Positions 17,877 through 28,365 of a DNA stretch of 64,000 nucleotides are shown here, one piece after another. Made by a program: the position numbers and the translations under genes. Source of the DNA: Elusimicrobiaceae bacterium (lineage in GTDB: Bacteria > Elusimicrobiota > Elusimicrobia > Elusimicrobiales > Elusimicrobiaceae); the NCBI GenBank assembly GCA_017525025.1, contig JAFXUJ010000009.1:51948-115947 (forward strand), read 5' to 3'. The notes below the pieces were generated by a model. It made no database searches. It was not told the DNA's origin and saw nothing but the letters and a program-made list of their open reading frames with translations. The first letter of the stretch is position 1. Each line of letters starts with the position of its first letter.

Positions 17877-20800
17877 TTACTTTTCTACTTTTTCAGCCGG
17901 TTGGATTGCCGCGAGTTGTTTGTACAAATCGCGTCTCCACGCATACTCGCTTTCGGCTTGTTTAATGAGTTTCTTCGCGAGTTCCGGATTATCGCGCATG
18001 AGCCCTTTGAAGCGGTTTTCGCCACTCATATAGTCGGCCAGCGGCAAGGTGGGCGCGCCGAGTGGGCTGTCCACATGCAAGGGGTTCTTGCCTTCGTAGC
18101 GGGCTTCGGGGTTGAAGCGGTAGAGGATCCAGCGGCCGGCTTGTACGGCACGTTTGGCTTCGCCCATACCTTTGGACATATCAATCCCGTGAGCAATACA
18201 GTGAGAGTACGCAATGACCAAGGCCGGACCGTCGTAAGCATCGGCTTCGGCAATCGCTTGGATGGCTTGGTTCATATTGGCTCCCATCGCGATTTGCGCG
18301 ACGTAGATGTTACCGTAGGTCATGGCAATCATACCAAGATCTTTCTTCGGCATGGTTTTACCGCCCGCGGCGAATAAGGCTTTGGCGCCTAACGGCGTGG
18401 CTTTAGACATTTGACCGCCGGTGTTGGAATAGACTTCCGTATCCAGTACCAAGATTTTGATGTTCTTGCCGCTGGCGAGTACGTGATCTAAACCGCCGTA
18501 GCCGATATCGTAGGCCCAACCGTCACCGCCCAAGATCCACACCGATTTGCGGATGAGGTAGTCGGTCAAACTTAACAGGCGTTTGCAGGTTTCGCAACCT
18601 TTTTTCGCGCCGCCTTCTAAAATACCTTTGAGTTCGGCCACACGTTTGCGTTGTTCTTCTACGCCCGCGTCGGTCGTTTGATCGGCGTTCAAAATGGCGT
18701 CAATCAAAGTGGTGTGAGCTTTGAAGTTTTCGTCTTGTTTGGCTTGTTCCAAAAGGGCTTTGGCGTCGTGGTTAAGTTGGTCAAACGCTAAGCGCATACC
18801 CAAACCGAATTCGGCGTTGTCTTCAAACAAGGAATTCGCCCAAGCCGGTCCTTTGCCGTCTTCACGTTGGCAATAAGGTGTGGTGGGCAAGTTGCCGCCG
18901 TAAATGGAGGAACAACCCGTGGCGTTAGCAACGGCCAAGCGGTCCCCGAACAATTGCGTTAAGAGTTTTACATACGGAGTTTCACCGCAACCCGCGCACG
19001 CGCCGGAGAATTCAAATAAGGGTTTTCTCATTTGAGAACCTTTCACCGTTTCTTTCTTTGTATTTACGGCCGCTTGTTTGAGGCCCAAGAAGAAAGCATA
19101 ATTGTCAATTTCGTTCCCACGTACGGAAAGTTGGTGCACCATGTTAATGGCTTTCTTTTCCGGATTTTCCTTATTTTTCGCCGGGCAGTTAAACACACAG
19201 GCGCCGCAACCGGTGCAGTCTTCTACCGCTACTTGTACGGTGAATTTCTTGCCGGCGAGGTCCGCTTTGCCATCGGCAGATTTGAAAGTCTTAGGAGCAT
19301 TTTTCAAAGCATCTGCGTCGTAGGCTTTAATGCGGATGGCCGCATGCGGGCAAACTAACGAGCAGAAACCGCATTGGATGCAGGTGTTTGGATCCCAAGC
19401 AGGTACCATGAGGGCAATATTGCGTTTTTCGTATTGGGTGGTACCGGTGGGATAAACGCCGCCTTCCGGCATGGCTGAAGTCGGCAAGGCATCCCCGCGG
19501 CCGGCAATCATTTCACCCAAGACATCTTTTACAAACGCCGGTGCATCAGCCGGAACGGGAGCCTTGGTATGCAGTTTGGAAGAAACTTTAGACGGATATT
19601 TTACTTCGTGTAAACCTGCCAAAGCAGCGTCTACGGCTTTGTAGTTCTTCTGTACGACTTCTTCACCTTTTTTGGAATAGGTCTTTTCAATAGCGTGTTT
19701 GATATCCGCAATGGCTTTTTCCGATGGGATTACGCCCGCGATACCGAAGAATGCGGTTTGCATAATCGTATTGGTGCGGCTTCCCATACCGGTCTTTAAA
19801 GCGATTTCGGATGCGTCAATCACATAAACTTTTAATTGGCGGTCAATAATGATTTGTTGTACTTCGGCGGTTAAGTGGTTCCATACTTCTTCGGCAGAGT
19901 AGGGGGCGTTAATTAAAACCGTGGCCCCTTTCTTGGCTTTACCGAGAACGTCGTATTTATCCAAGAAGTCAAACATGTGTACGCCGATAAAGTCAGCCGA
20001 TTGAATTAAATACGGAGCGCGGATGTAATTCTTACCGAAGCGAATGTGGGAGGTCGTCATAGATCCGGATTTTTTGGAATCGTAGACGAAGTACCCTTGG
20101 GCAAAGAAACCGTTGGCGGAAATAATTTTCATCGTGTTTTTATTCGCACCGACGGTACCGTCAGAACCCAATCCGTAGAACAAAGCGGCGAATATGTCGC
20201 TGTTTGCCTTGCTTTCCAGTTTGGCGGCGGGTAAAGATTTGTGGGTTAAATCGTCCGTAATGCCGACTACGAAGTCGCGAATCGGAGATTTGGCAGCCAA
20301 GTTATCAAACACGGCTTTGATATCGCTGGGGGTAAAGTCTTTAGAGCCGATACCATAGCGTCCGCCAATGATAAGCGGAGTGGTTTTGAATTTGGCTTTA
20401 GCTTCGTCGGTTAAGAAAGCTGCACACACATCTTGGAACAACGGTTCGCCTAAAGAGCCGGGTTCTTTGGTGCGGTCTAATACGGCTACTTTCTTAACGG
20501 TATTAGGAATTACGCGGATGAAGTCGGCAATGGAGAAGGGGCGGAACAATTTTACTTTGAGCACACCCACTTTTTCGCCTTGCATGGCTTCCACGGCATT
20601 TTGCGCCACATCAGCACCGGAGCCCATTACCACGATTAAGCGTTCGGCATTTTTATCGCCGAAGTATTGGAATAAATCATAATGGCGCCCCGTCATTTTG
20701 CCCAGTTTGGCCATTTCTTCTTTCACGATGCCGGGCACGGCATTATAGAATTTGTTAACGGCTTCGCGTTCTTGGAAGTAAACATCCGGGTTGGCGGCGG

Positions 20801-21449
20801 TACCGCGCACGGTCGGGTGTTCCGGGTTTAAGCCGCGGGATTTATGAGCGGCTACCAACTCGTCGTTGATCATTTCCTTCATTTGTTCCTTGGTTAACGG
20901 TTCTACCATGTTAAGCTCGTGGCTGGTGCGGAATCCGTCAAAGAAGTGTACAAAAGGTACGCGGGCGCGCAGGGTGGCTGCTTGGGCGACGAGCGCCATA
21001 TCCATAGCTTCTTGCGGGTTATCCGAACAGAGCATGGCCCAACCGGTTTGGCGTACGGCCATAACGTCGGAATGATCGCCGAAAATAGACAAAGCGGTGG
21101 TGGCAATAGCGCGGGCCGAAACGTGGAAAACCGTCGGTGTTAATTCGCCGGCGATTTTGTACATATTCGGAATCATCAAAAGTAAACCTTGGGAAGCGGT
21201 AAAAGTAGTGGTAAGCGCGCCGGCTACTAAGGAACCGTGCACCGCACCGGAGGCACCGCCTTCGGATTGCAGTTCGCTTACAGAGGGTACATTGCCCCAG
21301 ATGTTGGTTTCGCCTTTGGCGCTTTTCGCGTCGCAGATTTCGCCCATAGTAGAGGAGGGCGTAATCGGGTAAATAGCAATTACTTCGTTGGTAGCATGAG
21401 CGACATGGGATACTGCTCCGTTGCCGTCCATAGCGACTAATTTAGCCAT
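17877..21449 (-). CDS. nifJ: Pyruvate:ferredoxin (flavodoxin) oxidoreductase, single-chain
   Basis: DGN.A, YPITPSS, QSEGGA.G, GLGSDGTVGANKN, two CxxCxxCxxxCP clusters, GACAGCGET, GGDGWAYDIG. Confidence 0.97.
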   Translation of the reverse strand: MAKLVAMDGNGAVSHVAHATNEVIAIYPITPSSTMGEICDAKSAKGETNIWGNVPSVSELQSEGGASGAVHGSLVAGALTTTFTASQGLLLMIPNMYKIAGELTPTVFHVSARAIATTALSIFGDHSDVMAVRQTGWAMLCSDNPQEAMDMALVAQAATLRARVPFVHFFDGFRTSHELNMVEPLTKEQMKEMINDELVAAHKSRGLNPEHPTVRGTAANPDVYFQEREAVNKFYNAVPGIVKEEMAKLGKMTGRHYDLFQYFGDKNAERLIVVMGSGADVAQNAVEAMQGEKVGVLKVKLFRPFSIADFIRVIPNTVKKVAVLDRTKEPGSLGEPLFQDVCAAFLTDEAKAKFKTTPLIIGGRYGIGSKDFTPSDIKAVFDNLAAKSPIRDFVVGITDDLTHKSLPAAKLESKANSDIFAALFYGLGSDGTVGANKNTMKIISANGFFAQGYFVYDSKKSGSMTTSHIRFGKNYIRAPYLIQSADFIGVHMFDFLDKYDVLGKAKKGATVLINAPYSAEEVWNHLTAEVQQIIIDRQLKVYVIDASEIALKTGMGSRTNTIMQTAFFGIAGVIPSEKAIADIKHAIEKTYSKKGEEVVQKNYKAVDAALAGLHEVKYPSKVSSKLHTKAPVPADAPAFVKDVLGEMIAGRGDALPTSAMPEGGVYPTGTTQYEKRNIALMVPAWDPNTCIQCGFCSLVCPHAAIRIKAYDADALKNAPKTFKSADGKADLAGKKFTVQVAVEDCTGCGACVFNCPAKNKENPEKKAINMVHQLSVRGNEIDNYAFFLGLKQAAVNTKKETVKGSQMRKPLFEFSGACAGCGETPYVKLLTQLFGDRLAVANATGCSSIYGGNLPTTPYCQREDGKGPAWANSLFEDNAEFGLGMRLAFDQLNHDAKALLEQAKQDENFKAHTTLIDAILNADQTTDAGVEEQRKRVAELKGILEGGAKKGCETCKRLLSLTDYLIRKSVWILGGDGWAYDIGYGGLDHVLASGKNIKILVLDTEVYSNTGGQMSKATPLGAKALFAAGGKTMPKKDLGMIAMTYGNIYVAQIAMGANMNQAIQAIAEADAYDGPALVIAYSHCIAHGIDMSKGMGEAKRAVQAGRWILYRFNPEARYEGKNPLHVDSPLGAPTLPLADYMSGENRFKGLMRDNPELAKKLIKQAESEYAWRRDLYKQLAAIQPAEKVEK

Positions 21450-21604
21450 ACTAGAAAGTCTCCTTTTTTGAATTAAAACGGTTGTCGGGCCGTACTAAAA
21501 ACCGGCTTATCCTTATTATAGAATTTTGGGGGGAACGTGTGCAAATATCCGGCCCGGGCGGCCCGATACGCGGGAAAATGCTACAATAGGGGCAAGGAGT
21601 TTCT

Positions 21605-22837
21605 ATGAAAGCAGCTATTATTACAATCGGAGACGAGATTTTACTTGGACAAATTTTAGATACGAATTCACGTTTTATTGCGCGGGAATTAACCCGGCTG
21701 GGGGCAGAAACGGTAGAGATGCGTTCGGTGGGGGATGAGCGCAGTGAAATTTTGCAGGCACTTGCGGATACTTTCGGCAAGGCGGACGTCGTCATTGTAA
21801 CGGGGGGGCTCGGGCCGACAAAAGATGATATTACCAAAGGCGCGTTGGCGGAATTTTTTCACACCTCGCTTGAATTTAATCCGCAAGTATATCGTTGGCT
21901 GGAAGAACTGTTTGCAGCTAATCCCGAGCGCCTAAATGCGTATAATAAAACGCAAGCGGAGTTGCCTAAAAACTGTTTACCGCTTCGCAATAGAAAAGGA
22001 ACGGCCTGTGGCATGTGGTTTGAACAAGGTGGAAAGGTGGTTGTTTCTTTGCCGGGGGTGCCGTTTGAAACGGAATATTTATTGCCGGAAGAAGTGTTGC
22101 CGCGGCTAAAAGAAAAATTTACCGATTTGAACCTTTCATATCATTTATTTACCGTCTTTAATATCCCGGAAGCGGAACTGGCGATGCGGCTAGCGGATTT
22201 TGAAAAAAGTTTGCCACCGGACGTAAAATTGGCTTATTTACCTTCCCCGGGCCATGTGCGTTTGCGTTTAACGGCCCGACAGGGAAATTTGGATACAGCT
22301 GTTAGAGACCTTCGCACCGCATTAGGGAGCTTACACTTTCATGAGGGCGAACAAACCCCCGATGAAAAGGTGGCTCAACAACTGCGTAAGTTGGGTAAAA
22401 CGGTGGCCTGTGCGGAAAGCTGCACGGGAGGGAATATCGCCCATTTGATTACAACTGTGCCCGGAGCTTCGGCCTATTTTTTGGGCGGCGTTGTATCTTA
22501 TTCCAACGAAGTTAAAAAGAACGTGTTGGGTGTAAAAGTTGCCGATTTGGAAAAATATGGAGCCGTTAGTGAAGCGGTTGCCTTGCAAATGGCGCAAGGA
22601 GCGCGGCGCGTAACCGGGGCCGATTATGCGGTAGCTACTACCGGAGTAGCCGGGCCGGATGGCGGCACGCCGGAAAAACCCGTCGGTACGGTGTGGATTG
22701 CCGTAGCGGGCCCTAAGGGTACCCAAGCCAAAAAATTTTTATTCTCTCATACGCGTGAGCGCAATATCGGCAAGGCTTCTGCCACGGCCCTCTTATGGTT
22801 AGTTGAAGTAATTCAACAGGATTCTCTATCTATTTAG
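21605..22837 (+). CDS. cinA: CinA family protein (MoCF-biosynthesis-like domain plus NMN deamidase PncC)
   Basis: IGDEILLGQI.DTN, TGGLGPT.DD.T, LPGVP.E, AESCTGG, GAVS..VA..MA.G, TGVAGP.GG...KPVGTV. Confidence 0.93.
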   Translation: MKAAIITIGDEILLGQILDTNSRFIARELTRLGAETVEMRSVGDERSEILQALADTFGKADVVIVTGGLGPTKDDITKGALAEFFHTSLEFNPQVYRWLEELFAANPERLNAYNKTQAELPKNCLPLRNRKGTACGMWFEQGGKVVVSLPGVPFETEYLLPEEVLPRLKEKFTDLNLSYHLFTVFNIPEAELAMRLADFEKSLPPDVKLAYLPSPGHVRLRLTARQGNLDTAVRDLRTALGSLHFHEGEQTPDEKVAQQLRKLGKTVACAESCTGGNIAHLITTVPGASAYFLGGVVSYSNEVKKNVLGVKVADLEKYGAVSEAVALQMAQGARRVTGADYAVATTGVAGPDGGTPEKPVGTVWIAVAGPKGTQAKKFLFSHTRERNIGKASATALLWLVEVIQQDSLSI

Positions 22838-22901
22838 GCCTAGTTCATTTCTGGGTCTTTTGACCCTTGCAAATATACGTAAAAAGAATCATACTAAGGG
22901 T

Positions 22902-24095
22902 ATGAACATCAAACATTTCGTCACTACGGTTTTCTTCTTTTTAACGGTTACTACGCCTCTTTGCGCGCAAGAGCAGGCAGTCTTTAAAGTGGGCAAGAAT
23001 GCTGCCGAGATATTGCTGAAAATGGAAAGACAAACTGCCCGTGGTCTAATGGTACGCCCGCCGTACAAGCCGGAACCCGTACCACTCATTGAATTAAAGC
23101 GTTCTTTATCCGGTAAAGTGTCTTTACAATCTATATCGGTGCCCCCCGTGGTTACGCCTTCGCAAGTTGCGCATCTTGTTTCATCTGCGCAGATCCCAAA
23201 ATCAAGGGAATACCACTCTCCTGAGGCAAATCTTATGGAGATTGGGGTGCCGGATGTACTTCCCGGGCATTATGTAAGCCCATATAGGCAGTTTTTACAA
23301 GAAGATTGGGAGTGGGAAAGCCCGAGATTGCAAGAACGTTCTTGTGAAATATCCGGCGGGTTGCAGACTTGTCAGCAAGATATTATTGCGACGCGTTTGG
23401 CGGCGCTTGATTTGGGAATGCCACCGGGGACTTCCATGGAAGAGATGGAAATGCGTGCCCGGGCTGTAGGAATACCGACTCAAACAATTCAAACGTCCAG
23501 CGTGCCGGAGTTGTGGTTGCTGGTCCATTATTATGAAACGATGTCAAACGGGGCAAAAATCCCCTCTTTATTTGATGCGTTTGCGGAAAAGGAGCATATA
23601 GAAAAAGGAGAAGCCGCCCGGGACAAGTGGGCCCAAGACCAACCCAATTTTGTAGAAGAAAATTATGGAGTTACTGACTACCAACAGCCCTTTCGCTCCT
23701 CGGTTAAAGATTTACGCATATTGCTGATTAATGATGAGCAAAAGGTTATTGATTCTTTTGTGAAATTATCGGCTTCGGATTCGCGAATTTCCGTTATGTC
23801 CGTTAATGATGTGGCATCGGCTCTTCGTCTGTTACGCAGAAGCCCGACCTATTATGATGTGATACTAACCGATTATGTAACCCGCGCGGGTAGTGCCCCG
23901 GAATTAGGCATGTGGTCGCACGAACATGGAATGTTAGTTCCTATTGTATTCTTTTCCAAAGCGGGGGGAACAGCCAGTTGGTTATATTCCTATAATATGG
24001 CAGGTTCTATCAGCCCGTCTGAACCGGTACAAAATGTGGTCAATTATTTAAGCAATTTAGTCGCCACGGGCCGGGCGTACCCAAACGGTAAATAA
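22902..24095 (+). CDS. Signal-peptide protein with C-terminal atypical receiver (REC) domain
   Basis: Signal-like N-terminus ending PLCA-Q; C-terminal LRILLINDE...YDVILTDY...VPIVFFS; conserved REC Lys not evident. Confidence 0.7.
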   Translation: MNIKHFVTTVFFFLTVTTPLCAQEQAVFKVGKNAAEILLKMERQTARGLMVRPPYKPEPVPLIELKRSLSGKVSLQSISVPPVVTPSQVAHLVSSAQIPKSREYHSPEANLMEIGVPDVLPGHYVSPYRQFLQEDWEWESPRLQERSCEISGGLQTCQQDIIATRLAALDLGMPPGTSMEEMEMRARAVGIPTQTIQTSSVPELWLLVHYYETMSNGAKIPSLFDAFAEKEHIEKGEAARDKWAQDQPNFVEENYGVTDYQQPFRSSVKDLRILLINDEQKVIDSFVKLSASDSRISVMSVNDVASALRLLRRSPTYYDVILTDYVTRAGSAPELGMWSHEHGMLVPIVFFSKAGGTASWLYSYNMAGSISPSEPVQNVVNYLSNLVATGRAYPNGK

Positions 24096-24098
24096 AAT

Positions 24099-25163
24099 AT
24101 GAAAGTAATTCGTGTCGGTTTGGCTATACTTACGGGGTCCGTTTGTGTTTCTTCCTTGTATGCTCAAAAGGAAGCGCAAGCGGTTATTCAAGCACCGCGG
24201 GTTGTGGCTTGGGTGGAACGCCAAGCGGTCCGCGGCGTAGGAGCCTCGGTACGCCCGCCGTACAAGCCGGAACCCGTAACGAGCGAAATGCTCCACGGAG
24301 AAATTATGTTTCACGCCGAGTTGGCCCCTGCTGTGTCAAATTATTCCCGCCCCCAAGCAGCCATCCGCCCCGTACGCAAAAACCCCTTATATGTAAGCCC
24401 TTTTCGGGACTTTTTGCGGGAAGAGTGGGAATTACCGGCCAATCCGCAAAAGGAACCTATTTCCTCCGCGTCCATTCCCCGCGGGTATTCAGGCCGGTCC
24501 TTGGAATCGTTGCGGATGGAATGTAGGAGCTTGGGGATTCCTGCTCAACAATGTGAAACACTCTCCCGCGAGGAATTAGCAAATTTTCTGCTTCACTATA
24601 AATCACGCTTGGAGAGTACGCAAGCGGCCTCTCTTTTGGATAAGGGGGCACGTACTTCCCCCAAAAAGCATACGGAATTAGATGTAAAAACATGGGCTCA
24701 GGCGCAACCGGATTTTATAGTGTCCAATTATTTAGATCACGGAGAAGAATATACCGAACCCTTTACCGGGCCGGTAACCCCTTTACGCATATTGGTGGTA
24801 AACGACGAGTGGGAAGAGGTTGAATTATTCCGTGCGGCGGCGTGGAAAGATGGAAACGTTCGGATTGACTACGCCGAAAGCGTACAAAAAGCCATGTATA
24901 AGTTGGAAAATCGTCTGGACGGGTATGATATTGTGTTATTGGACCATGATATGTATGGGGGGAACGGATCTATTCTTTCTATGTGGATGCACGAGAAAAA
25001 CATTTCCATTCCCGCGATTCTTTTTTCAAGGGAATATATTGCGCCGGAGTGGTTGTATAAATTTAACATCAAAGGCCGTATTTACGTGGATGAAGACCCG
25101 CAAGCTGTGCTTAACTTCGCCCGCAATATCGTAACTACGGGAAAAGCCTATCCTGCTAAATAA
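24099..25163 (+). CDS. Paralog: signal-peptide protein with C-terminal atypical receiver domain
   Basis: Signal-like N-terminus ending SLYA-Q; shares VRPPYKPEPV and YVSP.R.FL.E.WE with the upstream gene; LRILVVNDE...YDIVLLDHD...IPAILFS. Confidence 0.7.
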   Translation: MKVIRVGLAILTGSVCVSSLYAQKEAQAVIQAPRVVAWVERQAVRGVGASVRPPYKPEPVTSEMLHGEIMFHAELAPAVSNYSRPQAAIRPVRKNPLYVSPFRDFLREEWELPANPQKEPISSASIPRGYSGRSLESLRMECRSLGIPAQQCETLSREELANFLLHYKSRLESTQAASLLDKGARTSPKKHTELDVKTWAQAQPDFIVSNYLDHGEEYTEPFTGPVTPLRILVVNDEWEEVELFRAAAWKDGNVRIDYAESVQKAMYKLENRLDGYDIVLLDHDMYGGNGSILSMWMHEKNISIPAILFSREYIAPEWLYKFNIKGRIYVDEDPQAVLNFARNIVTTGKAYPAK

Positions 25164-25164
25164 G

Positions 25165-26082
25165 TTATTCAAATAACGCGGTGGATAAATAGCGCTCGCC
25201 GCCGTCGGGAAATAAGACCACTATATTTTTGTTTTTATTTTCGGGGCGTTTGGCCAGTCGGGTGGCGGCCCACAAGGCCGCGCCGGACGAAATACCGATT
25301 AAAATTCCTTCCGTGTGAGCAAATAAGCGCGCCGATTTGAAGGCGTCTTCATTTTGCACGGTCACAATTTCATCGTAAATTTTAGTATTAAGCGTTTGAG
25401 GGATAAACCCCGCTCCGATTCCTTGCAAGCCATGCGGGCCCGGTTTGCCACCGGATAAAACGGGAGAATTGGCCGGTTCCACGGCTACTACGCGAATGTT
25501 GGGGTTTTGTTCTTTTAAATACTTTCCCACACCGGAAATAGTGCCGCCGGTTCCTACACCGGCTACAAAAATATCTACTTTCCCATTGGTTTGTTGCCAA
25601 ATTTCCGGCCCGGTAGTGCGGTAGTGTACGGCAGGATTAGCCGGGTTTTCAAATTGGTTGGGAATAAAACTGTTTGGTGTTTGGGCGGACAACTCATGTG
25701 CTTTTTCAATAGCGCCTTTCATGCCTTTTGTGCCATCGGTAAGTACAACTTGCGCCCCGTATGCTTTTAACAATTTTTGCCGCTCTACGCTCATCGTGTC
25801 GGGCATGGTTAAAATAACTTGATACCCGCGTGCAGTGCCTAGAGCCGCCAGAGCAATGCCTGTATTGCCGCTTGTCGGTTCAATAATGACTGCACCGGGC
25901 TTTAAAAGGCCCTTTTTTTCGCCATCTTCTATTAAGGATAGGGCGGTGCGGTCTTTCACGCTGCCGGCCGGGTTAAAAAACTCTAGCTTGGCATACAGTT
26001 GTGCCTCACACGCTTGATGTTGCGCGTAGCCGGAAAGTTGGAATAGGGGTGTATTACCTACTAAATTTGAAATGGATTTCAT
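25165..26082 (-). CDS. cysK: Cysteine synthase A
   Basis: [58 protein letters not shown]. Confidence 0.96.
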   Translation of the reverse strand: MKSISNLVGNTPLFQLSGYAQHQACEAQLYAKLEFFNPAGSVKDRTALSLIEDGEKKGLLKPGAVIIEPTSGNTGIALAALGTARGYQVILTMPDTMSVERQKLLKAYGAQVVLTDGTKGMKGAIEKAHELSAQTPNSFIPNQFENPANPAVHYRTTGPEIWQQTNGKVDIFVAGVGTGGTISGVGKYLKEQNPNIRVVAVEPANSPVLSGGKPGPHGLQGIGAGFIPQTLNTKIYDEIVTVQNEDAFKSARLFAHTEGILIGISSGAALWAATRLAKRPENKNKNIVVLFPDGGERYLSTALFE

Positions 26083-26208
26083 ATGCCACATTGTAGCAAA
26101 TATAAAATTTAGGCGCAGCGCATATAAAAAACTCCGGGAATATAGCGTTTTAAAGTTTGCTTTTTTAAAAAAACCGATTATACTAACCAATATAGACGAG
26201 GTCTACTT

Positions 26209-27171
26209 ATGTTCCCAGCCCGGATTGGAAAATTTTTATCGGTATCAGCATTCCTTTTAAGTATAGGGGGTTGCTTGCCGCTTTTTGGGCAGGTAATGTA
26301 CCAGCAAAATGAATTACAACTGATAGATGCTCAGGGGGATGCCGTCTTGCAAGCTCTTTTTTTAGAGACGTGTGAAACGGGTTTGCAAAAATGTATTCAG
26401 CGTGAAAATATAGCGCCGCAGGAATCCCAGTTGCGTTCGCCCCGTTTTGCCCAAGAAAATCCAATTTTGCCTGCCGTAGGGGAACGTACCGTGGATAATT
26501 CCCAAGCGCAAGCCGCTTTTGACGAAGTCGCCACGCGGAATAATTTGTTTGCCATTATCCGCGAAGAATCACGACGAGGTGCGGATGTTTCGTTAGGGCA
26601 GATTCACGTGTGGGATAAATCAAAGCATTTTGCGTTATCCAAAATTATCGTAGCACTTGCTACAGCTACTTCGGCACGGTTTATGTATGTAGGGCAGGAA
26701 GTAGCACTCATTGATTGGATCAAAGCGCAACCGGATGATTCTGTAACCATAGAAAAATTATTCCGTAAAAGCTATGTGCTTACCCGCGGGAACGTGTATT
26801 TGACGATTTTAACTATAGAAAACGTCCTTTCCGACGCTACCTTTGAAGCCGAACGGGAAAATACACTTGTCAACCGTAAATTAACCGATTTATATGTGCA
26901 TAGCCCTAATAAATTTGGAGATTGGTACCATTTCTTTGGTACCATGCTTGCCGGATATGCCCAAGAGCCGGCACCTATGATCGCCGATTTATACAGTTTC
27001 TATAGAAAAATCAGCCGCGGTAAAGATGCCGAAAAAGCAACTATGGCCGCTGATAAGGCGGGGGCAGATATGGGTGTTAAGCTGCGGGTTTTCGTAGAGA
27101 AAGAAACGCATAACCGTTGGAGAAGTTTTATTAAAAGTTTGCGGGTTTCCGTCCGGCGTAAACACCTGTAA
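26209..27171 (+). CDS. Hypothetical exported protein
   Basis: 320-aa ORF, hydrophobic N-terminus, helical C-terminal half with KFGDWYHFFG. Confidence 0.6.
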   Translation: MFPARIGKFLSVSAFLLSIGGCLPLFGQVMYQQNELQLIDAQGDAVLQALFLETCETGLQKCIQRENIAPQESQLRSPRFAQENPILPAVGERTVDNSQAQAAFDEVATRNNLFAIIREESRRGADVSLGQIHVWDKSKHFALSKIIVALATATSARFMYVGQEVALIDWIKAQPDDSVTIEKLFRKSYVLTRGNVYLTILTIENVLSDATFEAERENTLVNRKLTDLYVHSPNKFGDWYHFFGTMLAGYAQEPAPMIADLYSFYRKISRGKDAEKATMAADKAGADMGVKLRVFVEKETHNRWRSFIKSLRVSVRRKHL

Positions 27172-27228
27172 ATTATTTGCCGGATGAACCGGATGTAGAG
27201 ACGGCCTTTAATGTAGTAAAATGTATGT

Positions 27229-28353
27229 ATGAATAGAGAAGACGCCGCTGTTATCCGTGAAAAAGCGATTATTAAAGTCAGCCTGATCGGTATTGTAACC
27301 AACGTCTTGTTGGCTGCTTTTAAGGCCGCCGTTGGGTTGCTGGCTAGTTCTATCGCGCTTGTCTTAGATGCTGTAAATAACCTTTCGGATGCGCTTTCTT
27401 CCGTCATTACCATTATCGGTGCCAAACTGGCAAACAAAGCCCCCGATAAAGAACATCCCCTTGGCCACGGACGTATAGAGTATATTAGCTCCATGGTAGT
27501 ATCGGGTATTGTGCTTTATGCAGGGGTAACGGCGTTGATAGAATCTATAAAAAAAATCTTTCATCCGCAAACACCGACCTATTCCGTTACATTTTTAGTG
27601 GTAGTAGTTGTGGCGGTAGCCGTTAAACTGGGGTTAGGACGTTATGTAAAGGCACAAGGAAAAAAGATAAATTCCGGCGCGTTGGTGGCTTCCGGCTCGG
27701 ACGCTTTTTTTGATGCGGTACTGTCGGCCTCTATATTGGCTTGTGCGGTGTTTTATTTGTTGGTTCATGTTTCGTTGGAAGCTTATATGGGGGTGGTTAT
27801 TTCCTTTGCCATTATCAAGGCCGGTATAGGTATGTTACAAGAAACGCTCCACGATATTTTAGGCAAACGTGCCGACGTGAACATGAGCCGGCAAATTAAA
27901 GCTATTTTAAGTGAAGAACCGCAAATCCGCGGTGTGTATGATTTGTTCATTAACAACTACGGTCCCAATAAAAATTATGCTTCTTTGCATGTAGAGCTAC
28001 CCGATACCATGTGTGTGGAAGAAGTAGACCAACTAACCCGCAGAATAGAAGAAAAAGTCTATCATAAAACGGGCGTGATTTTAACGGGGGTAGGGGTGTA
28101 TTCTTACAATACCCGCGGAGGGGAGGCCGCCCAAATCCGCAACGATATCCAGCAAAAAGTATTAGCACATGATTGGGCGTTACAACTGCATGGTTTCTAT
28201 GTTAATTTGAAAGAAAAAAAATTACGTTTTGATGTGGTGCTCAGTTTTGACATCGCCCCACAAAAAGCTTTAGAGATTTTATTGGACGAAATGCAGAAAT
28301 CCTATCCGCAATATAAAGTGCAAATTACCCCGGACGTGGATATTGCCGATTAA
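27229..28353 (+). CDS. Cation diffusion facilitator (CDF) transporter
   Basis: S.AL..DA.NNLSD, K.PD.EHP.GHGR.EY, C-terminal dimerisation domain. Confidence 0.92.
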   Translation: MNREDAAVIREKAIIKVSLIGIVTNVLLAAFKAAVGLLASSIALVLDAVNNLSDALSSVITIIGAKLANKAPDKEHPLGHGRIEYISSMVVSGIVLYAGVTALIESIKKIFHPQTPTYSVTFLVVVVVAVAVKLGLGRYVKAQGKKINSGALVASGSDAFFDAVLSASILACAVFYLLVHVSLEAYMGVVISFAIIKAGIGMLQETLHDILGKRADVNMSRQIKAILSEEPQIRGVYDLFINNYGPNKNYASLHVELPDTMCVEEVDQLTRRIEEKVYHKTGVILTGVGVYSYNTRGGEAAQIRNDIQQKVLAHDWALQLHGFYVNLKEKKLRFDVVLSFDIAPQKALEILLDEMQKSYPQYKVQITPDVDIAD

Positions 28354-28365
28354 TTAGAGGCTACC

